A program made the position numbers and the translations under genes. A model generated the notes under the pieces. It saw only the letters and a list, made by a program, of their open reading frames with translations, had not been told where the DNA came from and did not search any database. From Candidatus Latescibacterota bacterium (lineage in GTDB: Bacteria > Latescibacterota > UBA2968 > UBA8231), in contig CBDETY010000003.1 in the NCBI GenBank assembly GCA_965243025.1, positions 768,001-832,000 of the forward strand: a DNA stretch of 64,000 nucleotides. Direction: 5' to 3'. Below, piece by piece: positions 18,536-29,459 of this stretch (position 1 is its first letter; each line of letters opens with the position of its first letter).

Positions 18536-20461
18536 TCACTCCGGGCCGGCGCCGACGTGCCGCTCGAGCCAGTCGAGGACGAGCCGGTAGTACTGGACGA
18601 CCATGCCCGGGTGCCCGGACCTCCAGAAAGAGTGGTTGCAGTCCGGCAACCTGACGAACTCGACGGTCTTGCCGAGGCGCTTCAGCGCGACGAAGTACTG
18701 CTCGCTCTGCTCGATGGGACAGCGCAGATCCTCCTCTCCGTGCAGCAGGAGCACGGGAGTGCGCACGTCGGGGGCGCAGGTGATGGGGGAACGGCGGAGG
18801 AACTCGTCCCGCGCTTCGGTGTACACGCCTCCCCAGTTGAGCTCTCCGAAACTCGTGCCGATGTCGGAGGTGCCGTACATGCTGTGCAGGTTGGCGCACA
18901 TCGAGCCGACGACGGCGGCCTTGAAGCGGTGATCGCGGCCGACTATCGAGGCGCCCATGAAGCCGCCGTAGCTGAACCCGTGCACGGCCATGCGGTCCTC
19001 GTCCACGCAGGGCCGCGCCGCCAGCTCGTCCACTGAGGCGAGGATGTCGAGGAAGTCCTCGCCGCCCCAGTCGCCGAGAACCGCCCTGGTGAACTCCGGG
19101 CCGTAGGTCGAGGAGCCGCGCGGGTTCACGGCCAGCACGATGTACCCGTTGCTCGCAAGGACCTGGTGCACGGGGTCGAAGTTGTCGGAGTAACGGCCGT
19201 TCGGCCCGCCGTGGATGTCCAGCACCACCGGGTATCTTTTCGCCCCGTCGAAGTCGGGAGGGAGCCGGACGCGCGACTCGATGTCGAAGCCGCGGCGGTG
19301 AATCGCGAACTTCGCCATGCGGGCAGGTGGTCGGCGGACGAGGTAGGGCTCGGAGTACGAAGTGATCGCCTGCAAAGCTCCGCTGTCGAGATCGACATGC
19401 ATCAGCTCTCCCGGCGAACTGGGGGACTGGGCGACGATGAGGGCATGCGAGGCGCTCGCGTCCGGGGAGAGGCTATCCAGGTGCATGCCGCCGCCGGTGA
19501 TGAGTCTGAAACCGCTGCCGTCGGGGTGGATGGAGCACACGAAATACTCTCCGCGGTGGGCGCCGACGAAAACGATGCCGCGTTCGGCGGTCCACCACAG
19601 CCCGCACTCCGGGACAGGCGTGTAGAGGCCGTCGGTGATCCTGCGAACCCTCCCTCCCGCATCGAGGACGTAGAGCCACGCCGAACGCGGGTCCCACATC
19701 TCCGGGTCGTGGCAGCCGATGGCCGCCAGCGACCCGCCGTCCGGAGACCACGCCGCCGCCCACACGTAGGGGAGACTCTGCGACCAGGAGACGGGCTCGC
19801 CGTCCGGCAGGGTCACCACCTTGACCTGCGTGTGGGAGGTGAAGTCGCGCCCCTCGATGTCATCAGATATGAAGGCGAGGGACCTTCCGTCCGGCGACCA
19901 CCCGGGCGACCAGTTATCCCCCTCGCCGTCCGTTACCCGGCGGGCGCCCCTCGACTCGACATCCACCAGGAACAGGTGCCGGAAGGCGTCGCCGGTATAC
20001 CCGCGGGCGTCGTGGCGGTAGCGGACGCGGCGGACGACGCGCACCCGGGGCAGGCCGGGCTCCTCGCCGTCCCCGGCGTCGGGGTCGACGGTCGAAACCG
20101 CGGCGATGCTGCCGCAGTCCGGGGAAAGGGCGAACCCTTCCACGCCGCCGGCCAGGTCGGTGATGCGCCGCGCTTCTCCGCCGTTCAGGGGAATCGTCCA
20201 GACCTGCTTTGCGCCGTTCTCCTCACGGAGGAAAAAGACCCGTTCGTTCTCGACGACAGGCGCGGTATCTTCGGGCCCTTCGGTCAGGGCGGAAGCTTCG
20301 TCGAATGGACGGCGTGAAACCATGACCCGCGCCTTGCGCTCCAGTTTATCCCGGTCGACCGTGGTTTCGACGAAAGCCAGCGCGGAGCCGTCGCCGGAAA
20401 GGTGGGGCTGGGAGACCGACGGGATTTCGAAGGTGTGATCCGCAGTGATGGGGAGAGGCAT
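18536..20461 (-). CDS. S9 family (acylaminoacyl/prolyl oligo-) peptidase
   Basis: WSPDG propeller repeats, HGGP, NPRGS, GFSYGG, HGEEDLRC, H in CNHSF. Confidence 0.95.
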   Translation of the reverse strand: MPLPITADHTFEIPSVSQPHLSGDGSALAFVETTVDRDKLERKARVMVSRRPFDEASALTEGPEDTAPVVENERVFFLREENGAKQVWTIPLNGGEARRITDLAGGVEGFALSPDCGSIAAVSTVDPDAGDGEEPGLPRVRVVRRVRYRHDARGYTGDAFRHLFLVDVESRGARRVTDGEGDNWSPGWSPDGRSLAFISDDIEGRDFTSHTQVKVVTLPDGEPVSWSQSLPYVWAAAWSPDGGSLAAIGCHDPEMWDPRSAWLYVLDAGGRVRRITDGLYTPVPECGLWWTAERGIVFVGAHRGEYFVCSIHPDGSGFRLITGGGMHLDSLSPDASASHALIVAQSPSSPGELMHVDLDSGALQAITSYSEPYLVRRPPARMAKFAIHRRGFDIESRVRLPPDFDGAKRYPVVLDIHGGPNGRYSDNFDPVHQVLASNGYIVLAVNPRGSSTYGPEFTRAVLGDWGGEDFLDILASVDELAARPCVDEDRMAVHGFSYGGFMGASIVGRDHRFKAAVVGSMCANLHSMYGTSDIGTSFGELNWGGVYTEARDEFLRRSPITCAPDVRTPVLLLHGEEDLRCPIEQSEQYFVALKRLGKTVEFVRLPDCNHSFWRSGHPGMVVQYYRLVLDWLERHVGAGPE

Positions 20462-20568
20462 TTTCCTCCTTCGAATCAGGTGCGATTTCGAGTGTTCTGC
20501 CCCGTCAATATCTTGCAATTCTTCCGCTGCGTGCGACCGATGTGAAGAATTGACAGCAGGAGGGTGAG

Positions 20569-22320
20569 ATGAGTCGGCTCTTCATCTGGAGTCTGGTGGC
20601 GCTGCTTGCCGCCTGTGAGGGCAAACCGGGGCCGGTGGGCCCCCAGGGAGAGAAAGGGGAGCCGGGCCCGACCGGCTCCCAGGGCGAACAGGGCGAGCGG
20701 GGACCGGCCGGTGCTCAAGGTGACAAGGGTGACCAGGGTCCTGCGGGTCCTCAGGGGGAGCAAGGGGAACCGGGTCCGGAGGGTCCTCAGGGAGAGCGAG
20801 GGGAACAGGGTCCGGCGGGTCCTCAAGGTGAGGGAGGTGACCAGGGGCCTGCGGGGTCTCAAGGTGAGCGAGGGGAGCAGGGTCCTGCGGGTCCTCAAGG
20901 TGAGCGAGGGGAGCAGGGTCCTGCGGGTCCTCAGGGTGAGCAAGGGGACCAGGGGCCTGCAGGTCCTCAGGGGGACAAGGGTGACCAGGGTCCCCCCGGT
21001 GCTCAGGGTGAGAGGGGCGATCAGGGACCCGAGGGTCCTCAGGGCGAGCGAGGGGATCAGGGCCCGGCAGGTATTCAGGGTGAAAAAGGAGATCCGGGCC
21101 CCCCCGGTGCTCAGGGGGAAAAGGGCGATCCAGGGCCCGAGGGTCCCCAGGGAGAGACAGGGGAACAGGGTCCGGCGGGTCCCCAAGGTGAGACAGGGGA
21201 ACAAGGTCCTGCGGGTCCCCAAGGCGAGCAAGGGGACCAGGGTCCGGCAGGTATTCAGGGTGAAAAAGGAGATCCGGGCCCCCCCGGTGCTCAGGGGGAG
21301 AAGGGCGATCCAGGGCCCGAGGGTCCCCGGGGTGAGACAGGGGAACCGGGTCCGGCGGGTCCTCGAGGTGAAACAGGGGAACAGGGTCCCCGCGGCCCTC
21401 AGGGGGAGCAAGGGGAGCCGGGGCCTCAGGGGCCGCCCGGGGTCGCCGGCGAGCTCGGAGGGTTCCTGAACTGGGCGGACGTAATCGAACAGTCCGGACT
21501 GGATCAGGCCATCTACGCCATCGGCTTCGAGGTCTTCGACACGAACTACCTGATCGGTACCGGATTCAGTGCCCACTATACGAACGCGATCTGGACCAAC
21601 GCCCACGTCGTTCAGGGGCTTATCGACCTCCTCGATGAATTACAGGAACACGATCCGCATCCCTTTGCGGTGAAGTCGGGAACGAGAATCGGCGGGACGG
21701 AGACCCATGAGTTGCGGTCCTACCTGGAACACCCCGCCTACGACGGCTCGACCCAGTCCCCCGATATCGGAGTGCTCATCGTGGAAAAGGAATTCACCGG
21801 CGGGCCGTCCTTTCTCCCGCGCGAGATGACCTACGGGCTCCGCGTGGGCCAGCCTGTTGCCACCATGGGTTTCCCCGGGGAAATCGCGGCGCTCAACACG
21901 ATGGTACCGCTTGCCACCTTCAAGGACGGAACGATCAGCGCCCTGCGGCCGTTTCGCCCGGAAGCCGAGGCCGTCACTCCTGAGAACAGCCGCTTCGTGC
22001 AGCACAATCTCGACTTGTCGGGCGGCACGAGCGGAAGCCCCATCTTCGACCACCAGGGGTGGATCGTGGCGGTCAACAACGCCGGAACGGAGGCTCTGGT
22101 CATCGACCAGAGATCGGGCGAACCAAGGCGGGTGCCGTCCGGCAACATCGGGTTCGGCATCAGGGTAGACGAGGCGTGGGATTTCATAGAGTGGGAACGG
22201 GACGCCGGCTCGGCGAAAGCAATCGCCGGACACAGGCCCGTTGCCTTGAAGGAAGCTTCCCCGAGGCCCTATCCGTATCCCGCCTACCGCCCCTTTCCTC
22301 CCGACTGGGAGGGAAGGTAG
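20569..22320 (+). CDS. lipoprotein with collagen triple-helix stalk and trypsin-like serine protease domain
   Basis: Lipobox LLAAC; Gly-X-Y run; TNAHVV (His), PDIG (Asp), GGTSGSP (Ser). Confidence 0.92.
   Translation: MSRLFIWSLVALLAACEGKPGPVGPQGEKGEPGPTGSQGEQGERGPAGAQGDKGDQGPAGPQGEQGEPGPEGPQGERGEQGPAGPQGEGGDQGPAGSQGERGEQGPAGPQGERGEQGPAGPQGEQGDQGPAGPQGDKGDQGPPGAQGERGDQGPEGPQGERGDQGPAGIQGEKGDPGPPGAQGEKGDPGPEGPQGETGEQGPAGPQGETGEQGPAGPQGEQGDQGPAGIQGEKGDPGPPGAQGEKGDPGPEGPRGETGEPGPAGPRGETGEQGPRGPQGEQGEPGPQGPPGVAGELGGFLNWADVIEQSGLDQAIYAIGFEVFDTNYLIGTGFSAHYTNAIWTNAHVVQGLIDLLDELQEHDPHPFAVKSGTRIGGTETHELRSYLEHPAYDGSTQSPDIGVLIVEKEFTGGPSFLPREMTYGLRVGQPVATMGFPGEIAALNTMVPLATFKDGTISALRPFRPEAEAVTPENSRFVQHNLDLSGGTSGSPIFDHQGWIVAVNNAGTEALVIDQRSGEPRRVPSGNIGFGIRVDEAWDFIEWERDAGSAKAIAGHRPVALKEASPRPYPYPAYRPFPPDWEGR
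20620..21456 (+). repeat. collagen Gly-X-Y repeat, about 93 triplets
   Basis: 837 nt of Gly-X-Y; near-identical blocks 180 nt apart (about 21061-21180 vs 21241-21360). Confidence 0.95.
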
Positions 22321-22380
22321 TTACCGGGGAGCTCGCTGTACGGGCTCCGGGACATTCAGACACAATACGAGGAGGAGAGC

Positions 22381-23355
22381 ATGGAATACGTCAATTTCGG
22401 CCGTTCCGGCCTGAAGGTGTCGCGCCTGGCCTACGGCCTGGGCCTGCGCGGGCAGGACGACGCCGGCGAGGCGGAACGCGCCATCGAGAGGGGCATCGAG
22501 CTCGGGATCAACTTCATCGACTGTGCCAACATCTACGGCCTCGGGGACGGCTACGAGACCCGCGGAACGTCGGAGCAGCTGCTCGCCCGCGTCCTCAAGC
22601 GGCACCGCGACGACCTCGTGGTCACCTCGAAGGTCGCCAGCCGCATCGGCGAGGGGCCGAACGACGCCGGCCTGTCCCGCTATCACATCATGCGCGAGAT
22701 CGACCGCACCCTTGCCCGCCTCGAGACCGATCACATCGACGTCTACATCCTGCACGTGTACGACGAGGAGACGCCCCTCGAGGAGACCCTGCGCGCCCTC
22801 GACGACGTCGTGCGCGCCGGCAAGACCCGCTACGTCGGCGTCTCCAACTTCCAGGCCTGGCAGGTGCTCAAGGCGCTGTGGACGCAGGACCGCCTCAGGC
22901 TCGATCCCCTGATCTGCATCCAGAACCCCTACAACCTCCTCAACCGCGAGCTGGAGGGGGAGATGTGGCCGGCGCAGCGCGACCAGGGGTTCGGGGTGAT
23001 GACCTACAGCCCCCTCGGGGTGGGCCTGCTCTCCGGTGTGTACACCCCGGGGCAGCCTCCGCCTGAAGGCACCCTCTACGCCAGGGGCCGCGCCGGCAAC
23101 CTGGAGAAGGATCTCAACGAGGGGCGCCGGACCCTGGAGATCCTGCGGGAGATCGCCGGCGCCCACGGCCGCACCGTGGCGCAGACGGCGATCAACTGGG
23201 TGCTGTCCCACCCGGAGGTGACGGCGGCCATAACCGGGGGCGACACGGTGGCCCACATGGAGGAGAACGCCGGGGCCGCGGGCTGGTCGATCACGCCGGA
23301 GGACCGGGCGCGACTCGACGAGGCCTCGTCAGGACAGGACCGGGTGTTGGACTGA
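22381..23355 (+). CDS. aldo/keto reductase
   Basis: GRSGLKVS, GINFIDCANIYG, IDVYILH, GKTRYVGVSN, YNLLNR, YSPLGVGLL. Confidence 0.95.
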   Translation: MEYVNFGRSGLKVSRLAYGLGLRGQDDAGEAERAIERGIELGINFIDCANIYGLGDGYETRGTSEQLLARVLKRHRDDLVVTSKVASRIGEGPNDAGLSRYHIMREIDRTLARLETDHIDVYILHVYDEETPLEETLRALDDVVRAGKTRYVGVSNFQAWQVLKALWTQDRLRLDPLICIQNPYNLLNRELEGEMWPAQRDQGFGVMTYSPLGVGLLSGVYTPGQPPPEGTLYARGRAGNLEKDLNEGRRTLEILREIAGAHGRTVAQTAINWVLSHPEVTAAITGGDTVAHMEENAGAAGWSITPEDRARLDEASSGQDRVLD

Positions 23356-23539
23356 CTGCGGCCCTCGGCAGGGGGCATCGACTCACAGGCTGCGCATCCC
23401 GCGGCCTCCGAGGTTTGGGTATACGGCGCGCGCCGGCCTGGCGGCGTCGGCGGGAGACAGGCAGCGATTTACCATACAGATCGGACACGTCGCTGTCTTC
23501 CGGAACCCCCGTCGGTTCAAAGCGGTCAAACGGCGTCTC

Positions 23540-23773
23540 ATGGAATTCCGTCACGGAGAAGATGGGGGATCCGCCAACCACGGCGCCGCCTCCGTGCGCG
23601 CCCCCATCGACGAGGCGTACGTCACGGCCGGGGGCCGCACGGTGCTGATCCGGGACTACGCCCACGACTGCTTTGACGATATCGACCTGGACCGCGCAAA
23701 TGCCCTGATGATCGACGGGCAGACGCGGTACCACTGGACGGACCGGGTGACAGGGGCGGGACTCGGGCTTTAG
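23540..23773 (+). CDS. small hypothetical protein or 3' gene remnant
   Basis: 77-aa ORF with host-like codon usage; no recognised motif. Confidence 0.35.
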   Translation: MEFRHGEDGGSANHGAASVRAPIDEAYVTAGGRTVLIRDYAHDCFDDIDLDRANALMIDGQTRYHWTDRVTGAGLGL

Positions 23774-23861
23774 GGTTACAGGCGCTCACCCCGAACCCCC
23801 GCCGGCAGTTTTTCCTCCCTCACATCTCCCCGACAGGCTCGCCAGGACCACCGCGGAACCC

Positions 23862-23890
23862 TTGACTTCAACACACATAATGTGTAATGT
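23862..23890 (+). promoter_or_regulatory. sigma70-like promoter with palindromic operator in the spacer
   Basis: TTGACT (23862-67), 17 nt, TAATGT (23885-90); ACACAT-A-ATGTGT at 23873-85; ATG follows at 23900 with no SD. Confidence 0.7.
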
Positions 23891-23899
23891 ATACGACAC

Positions 23900-24253
23900 A
23901 TGACACATTTCGGCGAAACCATCCGCAGGATGCGTGAGGGTCTGCGCAGGGAGGACGCCCGTTTCTCGCTGCGTCAGGTGGCCGGTCGGGTGGGTATCGA
24001 ACCGGCCTATCTGAGCAAGATCGAGCGCGGCGACGTGGCCCCGCCCTCGGAAGCCACGACGGTGCAGCTGGCGCGGGAACTTGGCGCGGACCCGGACCTG
24101 CTGCTTGCGCTTGCGGGGAAGGTCTCCGCCGACCTGCAGGAGATCATCCGCAAACGGCCCGTTCTGTTCGCCGAATTGATCAGACAGCTCAAGGAGGCGC
24201 CGGACGACGCCATCCTCCGGGTGGTGCGCGAGGTGCGGGACGGCGACTGGTGA
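23900..24253 (+). CDS. XRE-family helix-turn-helix regulator
   Basis: FGETIRRMR, SLRQVAGRVGIEPAYLSKIERG. Confidence 0.92.
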   Translation: MTHFGETIRRMREGLRREDARFSLRQVAGRVGIEPAYLSKIERGDVAPPSEATTVQLARELGADPDLLLALAGKVSADLQEIIRKRPVLFAELIRQLKEAPDDAILRVVREVRDGDW

Positions 24254-25278
24254 TGGAACAGCGAGGAGAAAGCGAACAGATGATCACGCTTGAGAACGAT
24301 CGGTTGCACTTCCGATTTCCCGATGTCCACGAGCAGGCCCACTGCACGATTTCGTTCCAGCGCACGCTGCGCATCCCGGATGACGGGGAGTCCTATCCGC
24401 TGCCGCCGGGCTTCGGCGACTTCCCACTGCGGCACGTTGACGACTACGCACGGCGCCTGCGGGGGGAATGGCTTCGTCGCGGCGGAGTCCTCATGCCCAT
24501 GCATCAGGCCGAGGCCATGTGGGTAAGTTTCCACTCCCGGTCAGATGGACTGACTTATCCCTTTGCGGTCAAGATCGCCACCGGCAAGGTGTGCGCGGTC
24601 AGCGGCGACGCATGGGCGAACCACCTGAACCAGGATCCACAGGACTACGTCGTCCTGCCCAAGCAGCCCTGGCTCGACGGGTACTGCGTCGAGAAGGGCA
24701 TGATACGGCAGTTCGTCGCCATGCCCCTGGGAGGGGACTACACCGTGGAGGAACAATTGACGGGAACCAGCGAGCATGGAGGGGTACAGATCATCGCCTG
24801 TCCGATGAAACGTGACCGTTACGAAGCGCTTATCGCGCCTCAAGTTCTCTCCCGGGAAAGGGTTTTTCATATGAGTTACATGGAGCACGAGGCAGCGATG
24901 GGGTTGGCGCCGGGAGGAAAAATGAGACAGGAGATCTATGAGGATCCATATGGCCTGGACGCCTGGGACCAGCGGCACGCGAGCCGGTGCTTCATCACGA
25001 TCGCGAATTCCACTCAGTGGATGGCGATGACGGGCGAACGCCCGCCCACCGAGCCCCCGACTGCGGGGGACTACGCCGAGGCGGATCTGCCGTGGTTCGA
25101 ATACTACGGTGGCGACACCGAAGCCTTGGATGGCGCGGAGAAGTTAATGGCCCTGGAGAGCGTTTCCGAAGTCGCCGGGAAAAAGGGAGAGAAGCCGCTG
25201 CCGGAGAATGAATCCCTTGCCGAGATCCGCGTGGTTCGGATTCGGGAGAAGGGCGCGGGCCCGGTGCGCGAACCGTAG
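24253..25278 (+). CDS. conserved hypothetical protein (FQRTLRIPDD...QPWLDG...RQFVAMPLG family)
   Basis: TGATG overlap with the XRE gene (alternative ATG about 24280); dense conserved-looking motifs; function unknown. Confidence 0.75.
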   Translation: MEQRGESEQMITLENDRLHFRFPDVHEQAHCTISFQRTLRIPDDGESYPLPPGFGDFPLRHVDDYARRLRGEWLRRGGVLMPMHQAEAMWVSFHSRSDGLTYPFAVKIATGKVCAVSGDAWANHLNQDPQDYVVLPKQPWLDGYCVEKGMIRQFVAMPLGGDYTVEEQLTGTSEHGGVQIIACPMKRDRYEALIAPQVLSRERVFHMSYMEHEAAMGLAPGGKMRQEIYEDPYGLDAWDQRHASRCFITIANSTQWMAMTGERPPTEPPTAGDYAEADLPWFEYYGGDTEALDGAEKLMALESVSEVAGKKGEKPLPENESLAEIRVVRIREKGAGPVREP

Positions 25279-25332
25279 GCGCCCCGGACCGTCCCGGAAC
25301 CCGCGATTCCGGTCAGCTCCACTACCACCAGC

Positions 25333-26444
25333 TCACCCCCCCGCCTGCAGCCGCCGAACCCGCGCCGGCAGGTCGTCCTCCAGCGCTTCCGCCGATACGA
25401 TGCCGAGGGAGCGGTCCTCCAGCGGCAGGTCGACCCGGACGAACCCGCGGCGGTGCGACTCCCGCAGCGCCAGGGCGACCTCGAGGGCGTCGCGCGCGTC
25501 CGCCCCTGAGCAGCGGGGCTTGCTCCCGGCCTCGGACGACCGGACGATGTCGTCGATGATGGTCGGCCCCATCCCCTCGATCCGCGTCGGGTAAGGGAAG
25601 GGCAGCTGCGCCGCCTGCGTGCCTCCCGGGGGCCGCCCGGGACCGGCTTCCACAGCTCGAACTGCAGGTTGCTCTCGACCACGCGGATCCTCCCCCCGGT
25701 CCCGAGGACGTCGAACTCCCGCCCGGTGACCGGCCCGCATTCGATCGAGCGCAGGAACCCGCGCACGCCGTTGTCGAACGCCAGGTACCCGTTCCCCTGC
25801 GGGTCCTCCTCCCCGAAGGCCGCCTCGTCGGACTCGATCTCCCCGAACACCCAGCGCACGTTGCCGTCGGCGGCGAGAAAGCGCATGGCGTCGATGCCGT
25901 GGCTGCCGTTGTGGGACAGGCCGCACAGGTAGTAGGCCGTCACCTGCAGCACCTCCCCGATCTCCCCGGCCATGATCAGCTCGCGGGCGCTGGCGTAGTG
26001 GGGGTTCCAGCGCCGCGCGCAGTTGACGGCCAGGGTGACGCCGTTGGCGGCGCAGACTTCGACCATGCGGTCCGCCTGGGCAAGGGTCAGGGCGACCGGC
26101 TTCTCCGCCCAGATCGCGGTCACTCCCGAGTTCGCCGCGGTCTCGACGATCTCCGCCCGCGGCCTGGCGCTGGTGCAGACGCTGACGATGTCGGGCTTCT
26201 CCTTGTCGAGCAGCTCCCGGTAGTCGGCGTACACGTGCCCCTCGAGGCCCCAGCGCTCCGCGTATATCGAGCGCTGTTCGTCGTGCGGGTCGGCGCCTGC
26301 GACCAGCTCGGTGTGCGGCGAGGCGAGGTAGGCCGGGGTGTGGCAGTACGGCAGGTACACGGCCCCGCCGCTGGTGCGCTCGTCGTCGAAGGTGCTGCCC
26401 ATGCGCCCTAGGCCGATAACCGCGGCGCGGAGCGGTGCGCTCAT
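25333..26444 (-). pseudogene. Gfo/Idh/MocA oxidoreductase with a 1-nt frameshift
   Basis: AVIGLGRMG, AEKP, HNGSH in one frame; C-terminus (IIDDIVRS...DALEVALALRES) in another; switch at G/C runs about 25624-25632; span 1112 nt (3n-1). Confidence 0.85.
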
Positions 26445-26534
26445 TTCAGAATCTCCTGAGAATCTCGATGTGGTTGATGCCCGGTCCTTCCGGATTGACG
26501 GATCGAGCTCGTTTCCGGTCCCGGTTTCCTCCGT

Positions 26535-29459
26535 TCAATGCAGCTCGGCCAGCCCCCAGACCGCGTGGTCGCAGGAGATGCCGTCCCCGGCATCGGTGGT
26601 GATCAGCTTGAGCCTCCGGGCCCCGGCGACGTCGACGCTGATCCGCTGCGGCGGCTCTCCGACCGCGAGCCTGCCGCTCTCGAACACCCGCTCCCAGCCG
26701 CGGCCGCGGTCGATCTCGACGATGAAGATGCTCGAGCCGAGGCCCCAGCTCTCCATCTCGTCGTCGATGCCGATGAAGGCGGTGAAGGCCGCCGCCTTTT
26801 CCAGGGCCCCCTCCAGGTCGTAGACGACCCAGGCCCGGCCGCCCCCCTCGGCCTCCCGCGGATGCACGAGCAGCCCCTTGGGGTATGCCTTGCCCCCCAG
26901 GCGGATCGGCCGGCCGAGGTAGTTGCGGTCCCGCGCCCAGCAGCCGGGGTACGCCTCCACCTCCCGCTCCGCGAGGTCGCTCAAGTACACCGCCCCGTCC
27001 GCGAGGTCGATGCGCTCGTAGGTCTCGGCCACCACCTCCGACTGCACGCCGCCGCGGAACGAGGCGGCCTTGACAGTGGCGTCCCCGTCGATGCGGAACG
27101 GCCCGGAATAGACCGGCGAGTCCCCGGTCGGGTCGCTGCCGTCGAGGGTGTAGCGCAGCACGCTCTCGGGACCGCCGGGCAGGGGGGAGGGCGTCAGGCG
27201 GACGGTCACCTCGTCGGGGAAGACCTGGGACACCGGGGTGATCAGCGGCGCCGCGGCCCGCCGCGGCAGGGACTGCCGGTACTCGTCGACGCGCAGGCCG
27301 ATCTCGTCGAAGGGGATCGGCTCCCACCCGAGGTCCCACGCCGGCGAATCGGGGGCGAGCCGGAAGTCCTGGGTCTCGAGGCCGCCGAAGCCGGGGTCGC
27401 CGTCGAGGATGACGTTCCCCCGCGCCCCCAACCAAGCCGCCGCCTCCGCGTCCCCGTTACTGTAGAGAACCCGCTCGCCGCTGCCTTCGAAGGAGCCGTC
27501 GAAGACCTCGGCGTCGGCGATCAGGTTCTCCTCCACCCGCACGTGGTCGAGGCTCGCCTCGGCTCCGAGCCGCAGGAACATGCCGGTGCGGCTGACGTTG
27601 CGCCGGATCAGGTTGTCCTTGGGGAGCTGCCGCTGCAGGAGCTGTTCCGGGCCGAGGCTGAAGTCGGCGGCGAGCTGCCGCAGGGTCGGGTAGCGGGTGA
27701 TGTAGGGCGGCTGGTCGTAGCGGGCCGCCTCGAGATTCTCCACCATCCTCCAGGGGCCCCCCTCGAGGAACATCGACGAGTCCTTCCAGACGCCGAAGCT
27801 CAGGGCGCGGTCGGCGCGCAGGAAAATGTTGTTCTCGATCACCATGGCGCGGCCGCTGTTGGTGTGGAAGACCTGGTCGACGTCGTAGAAGATGTTGTGG
27901 TGCAGGTGGATGCCGCCGCAGGGCAGGTCGGGGTAGATCGTGAAGCAGCCGAGCCTGCCGGGCCCGTGGATGTCGTGGAAGTAGTTGTAGCGGAACTCGT
28001 GCCCCATGAAGGTCCAGTCGGCCCCGGTGTAGGTGACCCCGACGTCCCCGGTCTCCAGGGCGATGCGCTCGAACTCGCAGTACTCGATGAGGTGGTCGTT
28101 CCCCTTGTACCCGATCCCCTGGTGAGGCAGGTCGTGGATCCAGCAGTGGGCGATGCGGTTGCCGACCCCCTCGAGCCGGAAGGCGCCGTGATAGGTGCGG
28201 TACACGCGGCCGGTGCGGTGGATGTCGTTGTTGACCGCCCAATTGCGGCCGGGAGTGAGATTTGTGCGGTCTCCGCCCCCCAGCTGGATGCCGGCCCCGG
28301 CTACCTCGTAGAGGTCGCTGCTGCGGATGCCGTTGCGGGTGCCGCCGATGACGACGGTGATGCGGGCGCCGAAGTTGCGGATCGTGCAGCCGGCGATCTC
28401 GTTGTCGCTGCCGCCCTGGATGACCACCGCCTGGTCGCGGGCCGCCTCGAAGGTGATTCGCCGCACCAGCACGCGGCGCGTCTCCTGCAGGACGAGCATC
28501 GGTTCGGCCAGCTGCGGAAAGAAGATCTCGGCCCCGGCGGGGTCGGCCGGCGGCCAGAAGTAGAGGATGCCGCTGCCGCGGTCGAGGTACCACTCCCCGG
28601 GCTCGTCGAGCTCTTCGAGGACGTTGAGGAAGTAGAACCGCTGCCCCTTGCGGTACCCGTACCCGTGGTAGGGCTCCTGCGGCCGGATCTCCCGCTTCCC
28701 GAGGTCGAGCTCCTCGACGCGGTGGTACTGGTCGCTCCAGTCGTGGACCCAGTACCCGTGCACCCAGAGGTTGCCGGTGTCCGCCCAGCCTTCGGGGCGC
28801 TCGTCGTCGTACGCCAGGCGGCCGTAGTGGCTGTCGCGCTCGGTTTCGACGAGGGTCCCGCCCTCGGGGATGGCGCTGACCTTCAACCACTCCCGGTTCG
28901 GGTAGCGGGCCAGCGGCATGTAGCGGGCGTTGCAGATCAACTCGGCGCGGGGGCCGCCGACGGGAGCCGGCATGCCGAGGTCGGTTTCGCCGCCGGCCTT
29001 CAGGTCGGTCTGCAGGACGTGCGGGCGGGCTTCCGGCCGCAGGCGGTCGAGGACGTTGCGGTCGGCCACGGGCCGCCAGTCGGAAAGCCGCACCCCTCCG
29101 ACGAAGCGGACCTCCCCGGTGCCCGGCTCGGCCTGCCAGATGACGGGGGCCTGGTCTGTTCCGGAGTCTTGCTCCCCCTCCAGCAGCAGGGTCCCGGTGA
29201 TGCGGTAGGCGCCCCCTCTCAGGTTGACGACCGCCGGCCCGGGGACCGTTCCTGCCGCGCGGCGTTCCCGCAGGGCGTCGCGGGCCGCGGCCGGGGTGGC
29301 CAGCGGGGCCTCGCGGGTGCCGGGGTTGGAGTCGCTGCCGTCCGGCGCGACGAACAGCTCGGTCGCCTGCACGCTGCAGATCTCCAGGATCAGGAAGGGG
29401 ATGACGGCGGCGAAAGGGGGGCGCCCACCCCGCCAGGGAGGAAGGTGGAATTCCGGCAT
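26535..29459 (-). CDS. secreted right-handed beta-helix protein with chitobiase/beta-hexosaminidase C-terminal and NPCBM domains
   Basis: FVAPDGSDSNPGT.EAP, PbH1-like N-rich repeats, RYTLDGSDPT, KGL.VH...AFIGIDD...DHAVWG. Confidence 0.85.
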   Translation of the reverse strand: MPEFHLPPWRGGRPPFAAVIPFLILEICSVQATELFVAPDGSDSNPGTREAPLATPAAARDALRERRAAGTVPGPAVVNLRGGAYRITGTLLLEGEQDSGTDQAPVIWQAEPGTGEVRFVGGVRLSDWRPVADRNVLDRLRPEARPHVLQTDLKAGGETDLGMPAPVGGPRAELICNARYMPLARYPNREWLKVSAIPEGGTLVETERDSHYGRLAYDDERPEGWADTGNLWVHGYWVHDWSDQYHRVEELDLGKREIRPQEPYHGYGYRKGQRFYFLNVLEELDEPGEWYLDRGSGILYFWPPADPAGAEIFFPQLAEPMLVLQETRRVLVRRITFEAARDQAVVIQGGSDNEIAGCTIRNFGARITVVIGGTRNGIRSSDLYEVAGAGIQLGGGDRTNLTPGRNWAVNNDIHRTGRVYRTYHGAFRLEGVGNRIAHCWIHDLPHQGIGYKGNDHLIEYCEFERIALETGDVGVTYTGADWTFMGHEFRYNYFHDIHGPGRLGCFTIYPDLPCGGIHLHHNIFYDVDQVFHTNSGRAMVIENNIFLRADRALSFGVWKDSSMFLEGGPWRMVENLEAARYDQPPYITRYPTLRQLAADFSLGPEQLLQRQLPKDNLIRRNVSRTGMFLRLGAEASLDHVRVEENLIADAEVFDGSFEGSGERVLYSNGDAEAAAWLGARGNVILDGDPGFGGLETQDFRLAPDSPAWDLGWEPIPFDEIGLRVDEYRQSLPRRAAAPLITPVSQVFPDEVTVRLTPSPLPGGPESVLRYTLDGSDPTGDSPVYSGPFRIDGDATVKAASFRGGVQSEVVAETYERIDLADGAVYLSDLAEREVEAYPGCWARDRNYLGRPIRLGGKAYPKGLLVHPREAEGGGRAWVVYDLEGALEKAAAFTAFIGIDDEMESWGLGSSIFIVEIDRGRGWERVFESGRLAVGEPPQRISVDVAGARRLKLITTDAGDGISCDHAVWGLAELH

